A stretch of DNA of 47,242 nucleotides from an uncultured Lentisphaerales bacterium. Its GTDB lineage: Bacteria > Verrucomicrobiota > Lentisphaeria > JABSQK01 > UBA12247. Of this stretch, positions 30,218 through 41,100 are shown piece after piece (the first letter of the stretch is position 1; each line of letters opens with the position of its first letter). The position numbers were made by a program, and so were the translations under genes. The stretch is taken from assembly GCA_943788985.1 (NCBI GenBank), contig CALSSJ010000033.1:1-47242 (forward strand). The letters are read 5' to 3'. The notes under the pieces were generated by a model. That model saw only the letters and a list, made by a program, of their open reading frames with translations, had not been told where the DNA came from and did not search any database.

Positions 30218-31582
30218 TCAGCCCCGGAGGTCTTCTGGACGAAATCCTTCTCGGCCCGGGATACGCAGCAGCGCATTTGCCTCCGGGTTGTTACTGATCT
30301 TGACGTTTTCGGCATCGTACTCGAAGCCTTTTCCGGTGCGAATCGCGAGGGTGCCCAGTACGATCATCTCCGTGAGTGGGCCAGAGTACTCGAAGTTCGC
30401 CCCCGGCGTGGGCCCCTCGCCTTTGCAGGCACGCAGCCACTCGGCGCGGTGTCCGCCCTTGATGCGCGGGTAGACCGCTGGGGGGCGTGAGTCCGGGTTC
30501 GTGCGGAAATTCTGCCACAGCTCTTCGGGGAAGAGTCGAGGGCTGTCGGGGCGCATGTCTGCATGATAGATCACTCCCTTACTGCCAATGATCATCAGGC
30601 CACCTTTGTCCGAGAGCTTTTCAGCACCCATCGCGGCTGGTGCCTTGGGCAGGCTAGGCCCTTCATGCCAGGTGACAGGAATGACCGTTTCGCTTTCCTT
30701 CTGGCGGCAATGGAAAGTGACCACTGATCCTGCGGGCGTGAAGATTGGATTTACATGGTCAACGGTGACCTCGACTTTATGCGGAACATTCAGATTCAGA
30801 GCCCAGAACGGGGAATCCAGAGTATGGCAGCCGATGTCGCCGAGCCCTCCCATGCCAAACTTCCACCAGCCGCGCCAATGCTTTGGGTGGTAGACGCCGG
30901 GCGCGTAGCCAGGCGGATCCTGAACCGGGCCAGTCCAGAGATCCCAGTCTAGCGTATCCGGTGCTAGTTGCGCAGGCGGATAGGCCAGCTGCTCTTTATC
31001 GAGGAAGCCGTACCCAGTCTTCGGTCGGTCGGTCCAGGCAGTTACTTCTGAGACGTCGCCGATGAGCCCGGCCTCGATCCATTCGCGAATCAGTCTAATT
31101 CCTTGGAGCGCATGTCCTTGGTTGCCCATTTGGGTCACTACGTTCTGTTCCTTCGCCTCTGCCATCATCAGGCGCACTTCTTCGACGGTGTGAGCCATGG
31201 GCTTTTGCACGTATAAATGTTTGCCCATCTGCAGCGCCATTATGGAGGCGGGAAAGTGGGTGTGATCTGGCGTCGAGACAGTGACTGCATCAATCTCGTC
31301 CTTGAGTTCACGCAGCATGACGCGGAAGTCAGAGTAGGTTTTCGCGCTGGGATAGGTCCTGCTCGGATTCTTGAGCGCGCGTGGATCGACATCACACAGC
31401 CCCACGACCGTTTCCCCTTGAAGACTCATGACATCTCTATTGCCCATACCACCCACGCCGATGCAGGCAAGCCGGAGCTTTTTCACCGTTGGCTTGGCCC
31501 TGAGAAACCGGGGCATCATGAAGGTTGTGGCGGCTGCAGCTGAGGAGCCGATAAACTTTTTTCTCGTTAGGTCGATGTTCAT
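30218..31582 (-). CDS. Gfo/Idh/MocA family oxidoreductase with Tat-like signal
   Basis: TRKKFIG leader, IGVGGMG, VSTPDHTH, YVQKP, TQMGNQGH, LDWDLWTGP, WRGWWKFGMGGLGDIGCH. Confidence 0.93.
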   Translation of the reverse strand: MNIDLTRKKFIGSSAAAATTFMMPRFLRAKPTVKKLRLACIGVGGMGNRDVMSLQGETVVGLCDVDPRALKNPSRTYPSAKTYSDFRVMLRELKDEIDAVTVSTPDHTHFPASIMALQMGKHLYVQKPMAHTVEEVRLMMAEAKEQNVVTQMGNQGHALQGIRLIREWIEAGLIGDVSEVTAWTDRPKTGYGFLDKEQLAYPPAQLAPDTLDWDLWTGPVQDPPGYAPGVYHPKHWRGWWKFGMGGLGDIGCHTLDSPFWALNLNVPHKVEVTVDHVNPIFTPAGSVVTFHCRQKESETVIPVTWHEGPSLPKAPAAMGAEKLSDKGGLMIIGSKGVIYHADMRPDSPRLFPEELWQNFRTNPDSRPPAVYPRIKGGHRAEWLRACKGEGPTPGANFEYSGPLTEMIVLGTLAIRTGKGFEYDAENVKISNNPEANALLRIPGREGFRPEDLRG

Positions 31583-31707
31583 AATCCCCTCAGGACTCTC
31601 GTTTGAATGCGCGGACGCCCCTGACGCCAGCAACAAGCTAGGCCTTTCCGCACTGCTCACACGCGATCGGGGCCCAAACACAGCAATTTGAATGTCCCGG
31701 CGTAGAC

Positions 31708-33183
31708 CTACTTCTTGGGCTCGGAGCGTTTGATTTGGGACATGATTGTTTCGGCCAATCTGGGGCCAATCCCCGGCACGCGTTTCGCTAGCTCGGCACT
31801 ATCGTGGCGGCGCAGGTTGCGGACCGAGCCAAAGGCGGTCAGGATCTGCTTCTTGCGCTTCTCGCCAATCCCCGAGATTTCATCCAGCAGCGAGTTCAGG
31901 ATTCGATTACGCCGCAAGCTCCGATGAAAGGTGATTGCGAAACGATGCGCTTCGTCTCGCATGGCCTGGACCAGGCGTAAGGCTGGATCGTGCCGCTCCA
32001 GGATGATGGGCTCGCTCGAGAAAATGGTGAAGATTTCTTCATTCCGCTTTGCGAGCCCGATGATCGGCAGGCCATCTAGCTCCAGTTTTACGAGTGCTTC
32101 GTAGGCCGCATGCAACTGGCCCAGCCCGCCGTCTATCACTACCAATTGAGGAAGCTCCTTCTCTTCCCCCAGCAGCCGTGAATACCGTCGGTCCACCATC
32201 TCGGTCATGGTCGCAAAATCATTGGCCCCCACCACTGTTTTCACGCGATAATGCCGGTAGTCGGGCTTTGCTGGTACGCCGTTCTTGAAGCAGACCATCG
32301 AGCTCACTGCGCTCGCTCCCTGCAGATTCGAGTTATCGAAGCACTCGATCGTAGTCGGCAGATCCGCGAGATCCAGCGCCTTCTGCAAGGCCACGACTGC
32401 GTCCATTCCGGCTGGCACCTCCAAGGTGCGCTGTGAAAACGTACGATTCCGGGCACCAAACACGGTCTGGATGTTGTCGATCATGTCCCGTAGTTGTGCC
32501 GCTTTCTCGAAGCGCATGGCCTCAGCCTGACTCCTCATGCGCTCTTCCAGAACCGTGGCAATGCCGCTGGTTTTTCCCTCCAAGACCTGCATCAGGGATT
32601 CAATCTGGAGGCGATACTCCTCCTCCGTGACTTTCTCGAGGCACGGTGCTTTGCAAAAGCGCACCACGTCATTCAGGCAATGCTTATGGTCGTCCACGCC
32701 GGGGCGTTCCGGCGAGCAGGAACGCAGTCCGAAGTGCTGTGTCAGAAAGTCTAGAACCTGGCGCAGAACGCCCGCATGCGGAAACGGACCGTAGTATTTA
32801 CAGCCATCGTCCTTGCGCAAGCGCGCCAGCGTAAGTCGCGGGAACGGTTTGTCCACGTCCAGCTTTACCAACAGGTAACGCTTATCATCACGCAGCACCA
32901 CGTTGTAGCGCGGCGCGTACTTCTTGATCAGCTGCGATTCCAGCAGCATCGCCTCGTTCTCCGTCCGCACCTCGTGCGTCTCAAACCAGGCAATCGAGTT
33001 AATCAACGAGCGTAGTTTGGGGTCGACCGTACGCTGACGAGAGGGCTGAAAGTAGGAGGACAGGCGCTTGCGCAATGATTTTGCCTTGCCCACGTAGATG
33101 ACCTGGCGCAGTTCATCGCGAAAGATGTAGACACCTGGTTGGGCCGTGATATCGCCCACTCGGTACTCACTGCGCTGCTTCAT
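31708..33183 (-). CDS. uvrC: excinuclease ABC subunit C (compact form)
   Basis: GIY-YIG PGVY...IYVGKAKSLRKRLSSYF, PRYN, UVR domain FEKAAQLRD, ECFDNS, IDGGLGQL, RDEAHRFA, HhH GIGEKR. Confidence 0.96.
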   Translation of the reverse strand: MKQRSEYRVGDITAQPGVYIFRDELRQVIYVGKAKSLRKRLSSYFQPSRQRTVDPKLRSLINSIAWFETHEVRTENEAMLLESQLIKKYAPRYNVVLRDDKRYLLVKLDVDKPFPRLTLARLRKDDGCKYYGPFPHAGVLRQVLDFLTQHFGLRSCSPERPGVDDHKHCLNDVVRFCKAPCLEKVTEEEYRLQIESLMQVLEGKTSGIATVLEERMRSQAEAMRFEKAAQLRDMIDNIQTVFGARNRTFSQRTLEVPAGMDAVVALQKALDLADLPTTIECFDNSNLQGASAVSSMVCFKNGVPAKPDYRHYRVKTVVGANDFATMTEMVDRRYSRLLGEEKELPQLVVIDGGLGQLHAAYEALVKLELDGLPIIGLAKRNEEIFTIFSSEPIILERHDPALRLVQAMRDEAHRFAITFHRSLRRNRILNSLLDEISGIGEKRKKQILTAFGSVRNLRRHDSAELAKRVPGIGPRLAETIMSQIKRSEPKK

Positions 33184-33692
33184 GACAGCATCAGCAGTGC
33201 ACCGGTGCCCACGGCGAGCCCGCCATAGAAGCAGCACCAGCTCCACGCACGTTGCCGGATTTGCGGAGTTCGCAAAACCGGAAAGGTCACCATCTGCCTG
33301 GTGTGACGATCCGGGTCGATCAGAAGCACCGAGCGGACGCCGAACAGCGCGCACTGCTCGCGCAACTGCCGGCGAGTGGTGGCGGGCAGGGCAGGGGACA
33401 TCTCCGGCCGAATCGCACGAATTTCCACCAGCGCCTCTTCACCGTCGTGGGCGACAATGAAATCTGCAAGGTCCGCAAATTCATGCCGGGCACCGTCAAG
33501 CGCCACGTATTCCCGTGCATAGCGCCGTCGCTCGTGAATCGCGGGCCCGTCGCTGAGGAGCGCCTGATGCACCTCCGGCTCGCCTGCCTTGGTCCGCGCT
33601 GCCGTGAGGTGGTAGATCCCTCGCAACAGTACAGGGCGCAGGAGCTGGTAGCTCAGGATGGCCAGCGCGCCGACGAATAGTCCGAGAGTCAT
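33180..33692 (-). CDS. membrane-anchored PD-(D/E)XK nuclease-fold protein, catalytically degenerate paralogue
   Basis: N- and C-terminal TM helices; GE...ADFIV...VEIR...TRRQLREQ; ATGA overlaps on both sides. Confidence 0.65.
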   Translation of the reverse strand: MTLGLFVGALAILSYQLLRPVLLRGIYHLTAARTKAGEPEVHQALLSDGPAIHERRRYAREYVALDGARHEFADLADFIVAHDGEEALVEIRAIRPEMSPALPATTRRQLREQCALFGVRSVLLIDPDRHTRQMVTFPVLRTPQIRQRAWSWCCFYGGLAVGTGALLMLS

Positions 33693-34225
33693 CGGACGAG
33701 CAGCCCGATGATTGCTGCAACCACCAGCCCGCCAAAAAAGCATGCCGCCGGGAGCAAGCGCCCGGACAACGCGACCTCCGCGGCTGGACCGGGGAAGTGA
33801 ATCGTGCTGATTGTGCCCTCTTCGGGATTCACCAGCAGGAGGTCATCTGCCTCAAAAACTGCCGCGTACTCACGCAGTTGACGGCGGGTGGCGGCGTGTG
33901 TGGGATTGGAGGCGCGCTCTCGAGTTTTCACCTCCACGACGGCGACGCGCCCGTCTCGCTCTACGAGCAGGTCGGCGATCACCTCGAAATCGGCTGGCTT
34001 GCCATCCACCTCCAGCGTGCCGGTGGCGCGCACCTGCCTGCCTGCGATCGCATAGCCTGATGCCTCCAAAACTGCTTCCGCGGTGACTTCACCATCCCGG
34101 GAAATTTGGAAGCGCTTGGCCAGCCGCTGGCTTCTCAGAGCGCGGGTGAAATGATGCCACAGCGCAGCACCACCCAGAAAGGAGAAGGCCATCAGCACGC
34201 CAACCGCGATGGCAGTTCCGCTCAT
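33689..34225 (-). CDS. membrane-anchored PD-(D/E)XK (YraN/RecB-like) nuclease-fold protein
   Basis: N- and C-terminal TM helices; GEVTAEAVL..SGY, ADLLV, VEVK, TRRQLREY (QxxxY). Confidence 0.75.
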   Translation of the reverse strand: MSGTAIAVGVLMAFSFLGGAALWHHFTRALRSQRLAKRFQISRDGEVTAEAVLEASGYAIAGRQVRATGTLEVDGKPADFEVIADLLVERDGRVAVVEVKTRERASNPTHAATRRQLREYAAVFEADDLLLVNPEEGTISTIHFPGPAAEVALSGRLLPAACFFGGLVVAAIIGLLVR

Positions 34226-34228
34226 CAA

Positions 34229-34633
34229 TCAGCTCCGCAGTGCAGCGGTAATCTCAGTCGGCAGCCGTGTGGGCCGCTGCGTTTCGATCTGCACGCAGGC
34301 ATGGCGCGTATAGCCGGCGGCAAGCAACAGGCCGTCTCTGCGAACTTCGCAGCACGCTTGCAGGCGGGCCCCTTTGGCTTCGCCGACCCAGCCGTGAATC
34401 TCGAGTAAGTCGTCATAGCGGGCAGGCTTTTGGTAGTCGCAATGGGCCTCGACCACCGGCAGGCCGCACCCTTGCGCCTCCATTTGGACATACGGGTGGC
34501 CCAAGCGGCGTAGCATCTCATTGCGGCAACGCTCGAAGTACACCAGATAGTTCGCGTAGTAGACCACGCCCATCTGATCCGTGTCTGCGTAGGGAACGCG
34601 ATATTCCAGAATCGTATGATCGCTGGCGGTCAT
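34229..34633 (-). CDS. acyl-CoA thioesterase (YbgC/4HBT family)
   Basis: RVPYADTDQMGVVYYANYLVYFE..R, PVVEAHCDY.KPARYDD. Confidence 0.93.
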   Translation of the reverse strand: MTASDHTILEYRVPYADTDQMGVVYYANYLVYFERCRNEMLRRLGHPYVQMEAQGCGLPVVEAHCDYQKPARYDDLLEIHGWVGEAKGARLQACCEVRRDGLLLAAGYTRHACVQIETQRPTRLPTEITAALRS

Positions 34634-36341
34634 TGCTCAGCCTTGCGATAGGTGCGAAGTACAACCCAGCTGCCGTGGGCAATGTTTAGGCCTTCCACCC
34701 TTCGCGACCTCATAGCCGGGAGCTTGAATGGTATCCAGATCCGCGCGCCGATCCTTCATCTCCAGCTCCTTGCCGAGATACTTGGCCTGGAACCAGCGAT
34801 CCGGCTTGAGCTCTGTCTCTAGCGTCACGATCAAGTCGTAGGAGCCGCTGTCCAGCAAGTCTTGGACATCCTCGGCGCTGCGCGCCTTCCCGTTCCAGAA
34901 TTTCTTGGAATAGAAGACGATGCTAGGCTCGCTAAACCCCCAGTAGGCACAGCGTGCATTCTCGGGCAACGTGGCAAAGGTGGGCTGCAGGGCGATCACC
35001 GGGTGCTGGACGCGGAGTCCCTTGCCCAGACAGTGCGCGCCTGCGGCCAACAATAGCAGCCCGCCCCAGAACCCGGCACCCAACCGGGACGCTTCTTGGC
35101 CCGCGCAGCGAACAGTAAGCCGGCGGCAATCAGCGCCAGCGCGGCACCGACATAGCGAACGCTGGGAAGCGGTGCGAACATCATGCCCAGGCCGATCACG
35201 CCCACCGTGGTGTACAAGGCGAAGACTGCAGTCTTGAGGCGGTCGCACCAGCGTGGGAACTTCAGTCCCGGGTGTTGGCAAAACTTGCCGAACAGTAAAA
35301 AAGAAAGCTGGCAGGCCTGGAAGCACATAATGTGGCAATTGGGTACGGTAGCAGAGAAAAATTAAGTACGGCGACATCCACCAGGCTACCAGGAAGGCAT
35401 GCTCCCGCGTCCAGTTGCGGCGCAGCCAGATTAGAAAATGCCCGATCCAGGCAGCCCACGGTGCCGCACTGAGGAAGAAGGTGACGAAATAGTAGCCGGG
35501 AATTGGAATGGCGCTTGTTGAACGCGCGCATTCCGCGGTCCACCACGTGCCTTCCCACGCCCACGTCCCAGAACGCGCCCTCGGTCAGAACCAAGGCTCG
35601 AATCCCCCATGGGGCGACCACCGCTAGCGCCACCAGTGCGCCCAAAATAAGATGCAGGCGTCGCCAGAGCGGCGCTTCTGCGAGGGCTTCATCCTGGTCC
35701 TTTCTGCGTGCCCGCCAAGAAAACACGCCATACAGAGCCAGCGCCAGCACCGGAACTAGGATCGCGATCGGTCCCTTGGCTAGAAAACCCAGGCCAAGCG
35801 CCAGATAGGTAATCAGGAAGTTCGCCCGGCGATCTTTTCCTTCGCCAAACAACAGCTGATGGATTCCGAACATTGCGATGGCCACCGCCAGGACCATGGG
35901 CATGTCTGCCACAGCCCCACGGCCGTGGACGAAGAATTGTGCCGAGAGAAGCATGGTAATCGCGCCCCACAGCGCGCCACGGTCGCCCACGAGCCGGCGT
36001 CCAAATACGAACACCGCAAGTGCCAGCAAAATAGTGGAAAGGATGCTGTGCACCCGCGCGCCAAGCTCATTCACGCCAAACGCACGATAGCCCAAGCTCA
36101 TTAACCAGTAGGTCAGAACGGGCTTGTCGAAGCGGTACTCGTTGTTGAAATACGGCACGATCCAATTGCGATTCACCATCATTTCCCGCGTGGCTTCCGA
36201 AAACTTCGGTTCGTCGCGGTCCAGCAGTGGCATGATCGCCGCGCCCGGCACCAACAGCAGCAGCCCGGCTAAGGCCAAGAGCAGGCAATAACTACGGACA
36301 TCCGAAATGGAGAATTTCTGTGCTTTCTTACGCCGCTTCAT
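34630..36341 (-). CDS. arnT: ArnT/GT83-family glycosyltransferase (several frameshifts, ~35500-34700)
   Basis: DRDEPKFSEATREM, W.VPYFN..YRFDKPVLTYW, GFLAKGP, TQLPHYVLP, GFSEPSIVFY. The final frame ends RKAEQ* overlapping the thioesterase ATG. Confidence 0.85.
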
Positions 36342-37803
36342 CGGGTAGCTCCTTGTTGCGCTTTCTGCGGTATATCCGGCGGTAGGCAATGGCGAACGGC
36401 AGGCCGACGGCCAAGCCTAGCGCGCTGGACGTCAACATATCCGATAGGTAATGCGCGCGAATCTCGAAGCAGCTCCAGGTCACCAAGATGCCGTTGGCCA
36501 GCGCCAGCCACCCTACCGACGGGGCCGCGATCACCATGCAGAAGCCATTGCCCATGGCGGTAGCTGTATGCGCGGAGGGAAAACTGTGATAGTCCGCGCT
36601 CAAACGAGGGCCGTGGAACTTGTCTGGCACAGTGGTGCCAGCCATCTCGGCTTTGAGCCAGGTGCGTGGTCGAGGGCGGCCGGAGCTCGAGCGCACGACG
36701 TTACACAGTAGCCCGCTCGCGCTTGCGGCCAGGAACGAAACCAGGGCCAGGCGCCGCAGTTTGGGCGAGTGAAAGAGCCAGCCGATCAGGAAGATCGTGC
36801 CGTTGATTACCATGGTATCCGTAAATGCTCCCCACTTCCGAACTCGTCCCCAGAAGTGATCATAGCCCGGATTGCGGAACTCCAGCCAGGCTCTATGAAA
36901 GCCGCGGTCTTGTGGAAACAGCCAGAGGTCCGCGGCAATTGTGGCAATCGCGAGCAGCAGAATCCAGCCCCAGTTGGCCCGTGCAATTCGTATTGCACGT
37001 CGCAGAAACACTCGCGAGTAGCGCCAAGTCCGCCGGGCGCCCCAGCGCACGTGCGTTTTTACGCTTGCAACAGTGCCACGCCAGAGAGCGCTCGCGCTAG
37101 TCTTGCCGTCACCGGTTGTCACGTCGACACCGCAGGCGGCAAGCAGGTGGGCTGGGCCGAATCGCCAGACCACGAAGAGGACCGCCCCAAATGAAACGAG
37201 TGCCATAAGGATACTTGAGCCCGCTGAATCACTGCGGATCGAACTGCCCAGCAAGGCCATGGGTACACCATGAGGCAAATAGCCCACGAACGTCCCGAGC
37301 AAGAACGAGCCCAGGCCAATGCCCAGTTTTGCCATTCCGACGGTCAGCAGCACGCCTGGAAGCGGCATCAGACGTGCCATAAAGACGAAGCCGACATTCC
37401 CAAATGCCGCAGCGCGCTCGCGCAAGATTCCCAACCCCTTGGGCGCTTCTTCATCGCTGTTGCGCGAGAGCAAGTAGATGACCGCAGATGCACCGCATGA
37501 GGCAAACTGGGCGAGCAGCAGTCCCTGCCAAAAGCCAAAGACCAGGCCAGCGATATTGTAGATGAGCAGGCGCGGGAAGCCAGCCACCAGCAGCGGCACT
37601 AGGATCAGGAATGAGGGCAGGACGCCGAACTCCTTGCACTTCGCAAGCGCACCGGTCAAGTGGAACTCGATAACCTGCCGGGCTTCCTCATAACGGCAGA
37701 ATAGCCCCAAGGAGATCCCAAGTACCACCAGCAGCACCAGAAAAAACAGCCGCCAATCATGAATTCCGTGGCGCGGCGCAGCAGCGCGCTTTGCGTGGGC
37801 CAT
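36328..37803 (-). CDS. VTT/DedA (SNARE-associated) domain + PAP2 phosphatase fusion
   Basis: N-half GFP....IAGLVFGFWQG, FMARLMP.P, FLLGTFVG.LP; C-half GRPRP, SFPSAHT, AHYLSD. Confidence 0.85.
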   Translation of the reverse strand: MAHAKRAAAPRHGIHDWRLFFLVLLVVLGISLGLFCRYEEARQVIEFHLTGALAKCKEFGVLPSFLILVPLLVAGFPRLLIYNIAGLVFGFWQGLLLAQFASCGASAVIYLLSRNSDEEAPKGLGILRERAAAFGNVGFVFMARLMPLPGVLLTVGMAKLGIGLGSFLLGTFVGYLPHGVPMALLGSSIRSDSAGSSILMALVSFGAVLFVVWRFGPAHLLAACGVDVTTGDGKTSASALWRGTVASVKTHVRWGARRTWRYSRVFLRRAIRIARANWGWILLLAIATIAADLWLFPQDRGFHRAWLEFRNPGYDHFWGRVRKWGAFTDTMVINGTIFLIGWLFHSPKLRRLALVSFLAASASGLLCNVVRSSSGRPRPRTWLKAEMAGTTVPDKFHGPRLSADYHSFPSAHTATAMGNGFCMVIAAPSVGWLALANGILVTWSCFEIRAHYLSDMLTSSALGLAVGLPFAIAYRRIYRRKRNKELPDEAA

Positions 37804-37843
37804 TCGGCAGCCTCAACAGTCGTTCTCAGTTACAAAGCGGCTG

Positions 37844-37871
37844 ACTATAAAGGCACGGCTCCGTCACGCAA
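37844..37871 (-). promoter_or_regulatory. putative sigma70 promoter (TTGCGT-16-TATAGT) of the DedA-PAP2...uvrC operon
   Basis: Hexamers ~40 nt upstream of ATG 37803, inside the divergent, AT-rich intergenic region. Confidence 0.4.
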
Positions 37872-38163
37872 GCATGGCGCGCGATCCGGACACAAGAGGC
37901 TCTAGGTTTGAACCAAGTAATGGGACGATGGCAAGGGCTTGCTAACACCTTTCCTTTTTTCTAAGAGGGGGGGCTTGCGTGAGCACTGCGCATTTTGAGA
38001 AATAGCGCTAGACTCAACTTGCGTAGCTATAAAGTTGATATATTGTTTAGATATTGTTATGATTGATCTGTAAAATCCGCAACAAAGTGGGTTGAACGAT
38101 TGTAGAGGTGCGCGATATTGCGTCAAAGCTGTGCCCTGAGAGTGAATGCGGACTGGTGAAGTA

Positions 38164-41100
38164 ATGATGAAGTTAGCATCAAAATTTTGTGCCTCATTTC
38201 TGTTGCTGTGTGTGACAGCGAGCGCCATTGATGAATTTGCAGTGGAAGCAAAACTGTCGAAACGTCTGATCGAGATCGGCATGTTCGATTACGCCACGTT
38301 TCATGTGGAGGGACTTCAGAAAACGGGTGCTGAGCCGGAAGCGGTCTCGATCCTCAACGCGCAACTGCTGGCTGGTCAAGGAAAACGCAGCGCCGCATAC
38401 GATGTTTTGAAGGGCGTGAAGTCGTCCAGCAAATACTACGTACCCGCGCTGCTGATGATTCCGGCCATGACCTCCGACCTTAAGGCGCGAATTACTGCGT
38501 ATCAGGCGTACTTCAAGGCCGTTCCTGAGCCTCCAGCAGGGGCAGAGAATTGCCGTGATTGGCAAGGCGTGGTCATGCGCTATGCAGACTCGCTGAAAAA
38601 GCAGAACAGGCCGGGCGAAGTCGAGAAGACGCTAAAGCTGCTGGAGAAGGGCTGCGGCCCGGGTGAAGGCGGTGCCGTGGACGAAAATATGGTGGCTATG
38701 ATCGGCCTGCGGTTCAAGCTGGAGGCGCTGGAAAAAGAGGCCAAGCCGGCTCCTGCCAAGGTTGACGCCGTGATTAAGGAACTGGAGAAAATGCGCTGGG
38801 GCATGGACTATTTCTCCTCGCTTGCCTACGTGGAGATTGCCCGGGCGATGATTCTGAAGGGGAAATTCCAAGAAGCCATCGAGCTGCTCGCGGAGAACAC
38901 TGAGTTTCTGATGAACATGCACACGGGGGTGGTGAAAGACACCGGTTCCAGCGCCCAGTCGCCGCTAGCGGGTGCTTTCTACTACATCGGCATCGGCTAT
39001 GAGAAAATTGGGGATAGCAAGAAAGAGGGAACTACTGAGCGCAAGAAGCTGCACGCGAAAGCCTACAAGAAGTTCCGCAAAGTAGCGACGGATTTCTCGG
39101 ATGCGTCTATCGCGGTAAAAGCCCTGATGGCCAAAGATCGCGTTGGCCAGAAGCTTGGCGGTGTGCGCGAGTCATCGCAGGGTGCCAGTGCGTTGAAGCA
39201 GCAGGGCATCCAGAAGGAATCGGCTGATGCCCAGTACCGCGACAAGAAGTACGACCGCGCGATTGAGCTATACTTAAAGGCGTTGAATGTCGCGCCCGGT
39301 TCTAAGCTGGCACCTGAGATCATGGCCCTGTGCGTTGCTTGCCTGAAGAAGCAAGACCGCATGCTCGAGGCGGTTGCCTTGACGATGTTCATGGCAGAGT
39401 TCTATCCGGATTCGCCCAAAACTGGCGACTCATTGTACAACCTGGCTGTGTCGATGTGGAAAACGGGTATTGACCTGAACAAGACGGGCAAGGTCGAGCC
39501 AGCAAAAGCAGCCAAGGCTGACGCGATTCGCATGTTTGCCGCCTTTGCCGAAGCCAACCCCACGCATCTGAAAGCAGCGTTTGCCGCCTATACTGTCGCC
39601 AGTGAGAAGTACGCGCAAGGCGATGAATGGAAAAAGAAGAAGGCTGCGGCCAAATCCGTAAAGGAAGGCAACGAAGCAATTCTGGCGATGCGCAAAGCAT
39701 TTCGCGAAGCAATTCCTGCCTTTGAATACGTGGTCGACAACTACGGCAGCTCAAAGTATGCCGCCAAGGCGCTGTATCGCCTGGCCTGGATCTATCGAAT
39801 CCTGACCAACGATGAAGCCACAGAAGAGAACGAAGATCAGCTCTGCGCCGACACATTCCTAAAGTTCTGCGCGCTCGCAACCGAGCCTACGGCTGACCGG
39901 TTGATCGCAAAGTACCAGGCAGCGGACCGTCTCTATGCTCTTGAAGACATGGTGGCTGGCGAGAAGCACTTCTCGGAGCTGGTGGGCTGGATTGATTCGG
40001 GTGCCTTTAAGGGCGTGGACAAGGTCGCCGAGTACCGCAAGAACGCGACAGCCATGAATGCTTGGTGCGTAGATGCTCAGGCTTTGGGCTTGCGTGGCAC
40101 CATGGATGCTGTCCGCGAAGAGATCGAAGCCCTTCCGCCCCAAGAGGGTGGTGAGCCTGTAGTTGTGCCCGCAGAGCTACAAGCAAAGCTGGTCAAGGCA
40201 GAAGGCGAATGGAAGGCTGGTTTGAAACGCGCCATTGATTCCTTTACCCAATTCCTAGGCCAATATGCCAAGGACGAGCAGCAGGCACCGTCAGTGATGG
40301 CCAAGCTTGGCGCCATCTATACTGCGGATCTGGATGATGCGGCGATGGGACAGACCTGGTTTGAGCGCTTATCCAAGACCTTCCCGAACTCCTCTGCTGC
40401 CAAACAGTCTGTCTTCACGCTCGGCCGCGTCTACGTTAAGAACGGGCAGTGGGCGAAGGCCAACGAAACCTATACCAAGGTCAAGGACCAATTCGCCGAA
40501 CACGGCTATGCAAACCTCTACTTTATTTCCCGGCAGCCCATGCAGCCAGCAGGCGAGGAGAAGCAGATCGGCCTGGATCCGTTGATCGCGATCGCTGCCA
40601 ACGAAGCCTTGCTGGCGATTGCGAAAGACAAGAAGCACGAGGACAACGCCGACGCAGTGAAACGCCGCGAGCTTGTGAGCCTGCGGGTTACCGATGGCTA
40701 CGTGGCAATGAAGCGGTTCGAAGATGCGCTCAGCACGTACGACCGTATGATTCGCGAAGAAGAGCAAAAGAAGAGGGCTAGCGGGAAATACAGCTCCTTC
40801 TACTTCAAGGTCATGATGGGCCAGGCCCAGGCATTTCGCGTGCAAGGGGAGACCCAGCAGGCCGTTGATGCCTTGAATACCGTCCTCAGCATGATCAATG
40901 CCACTTCCTTTCCCACGGTCTACTTCAAGGCGGTCTGTGACCTAGGAGATGCCATGGCTGATAGCAAGGACATCAAATTTGTCAAAAAGGCGGCCTACAT
41001 GTATCAGCAGACAGTCGAATTTGCCCCGCGTGACAACGAGGAGATTCTGCCCTATATTGAGCGAGGCTACTTCGGCGCAGCTTGGAACCTATCGCGTCTG

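Noticed and set aside
37929..37944. Sigma54-like TGGCAAGGGCTTGCT
   Set aside because: GG-to-GC spacing is 9 nt rather than the required 10; more likely a short inverted repeat
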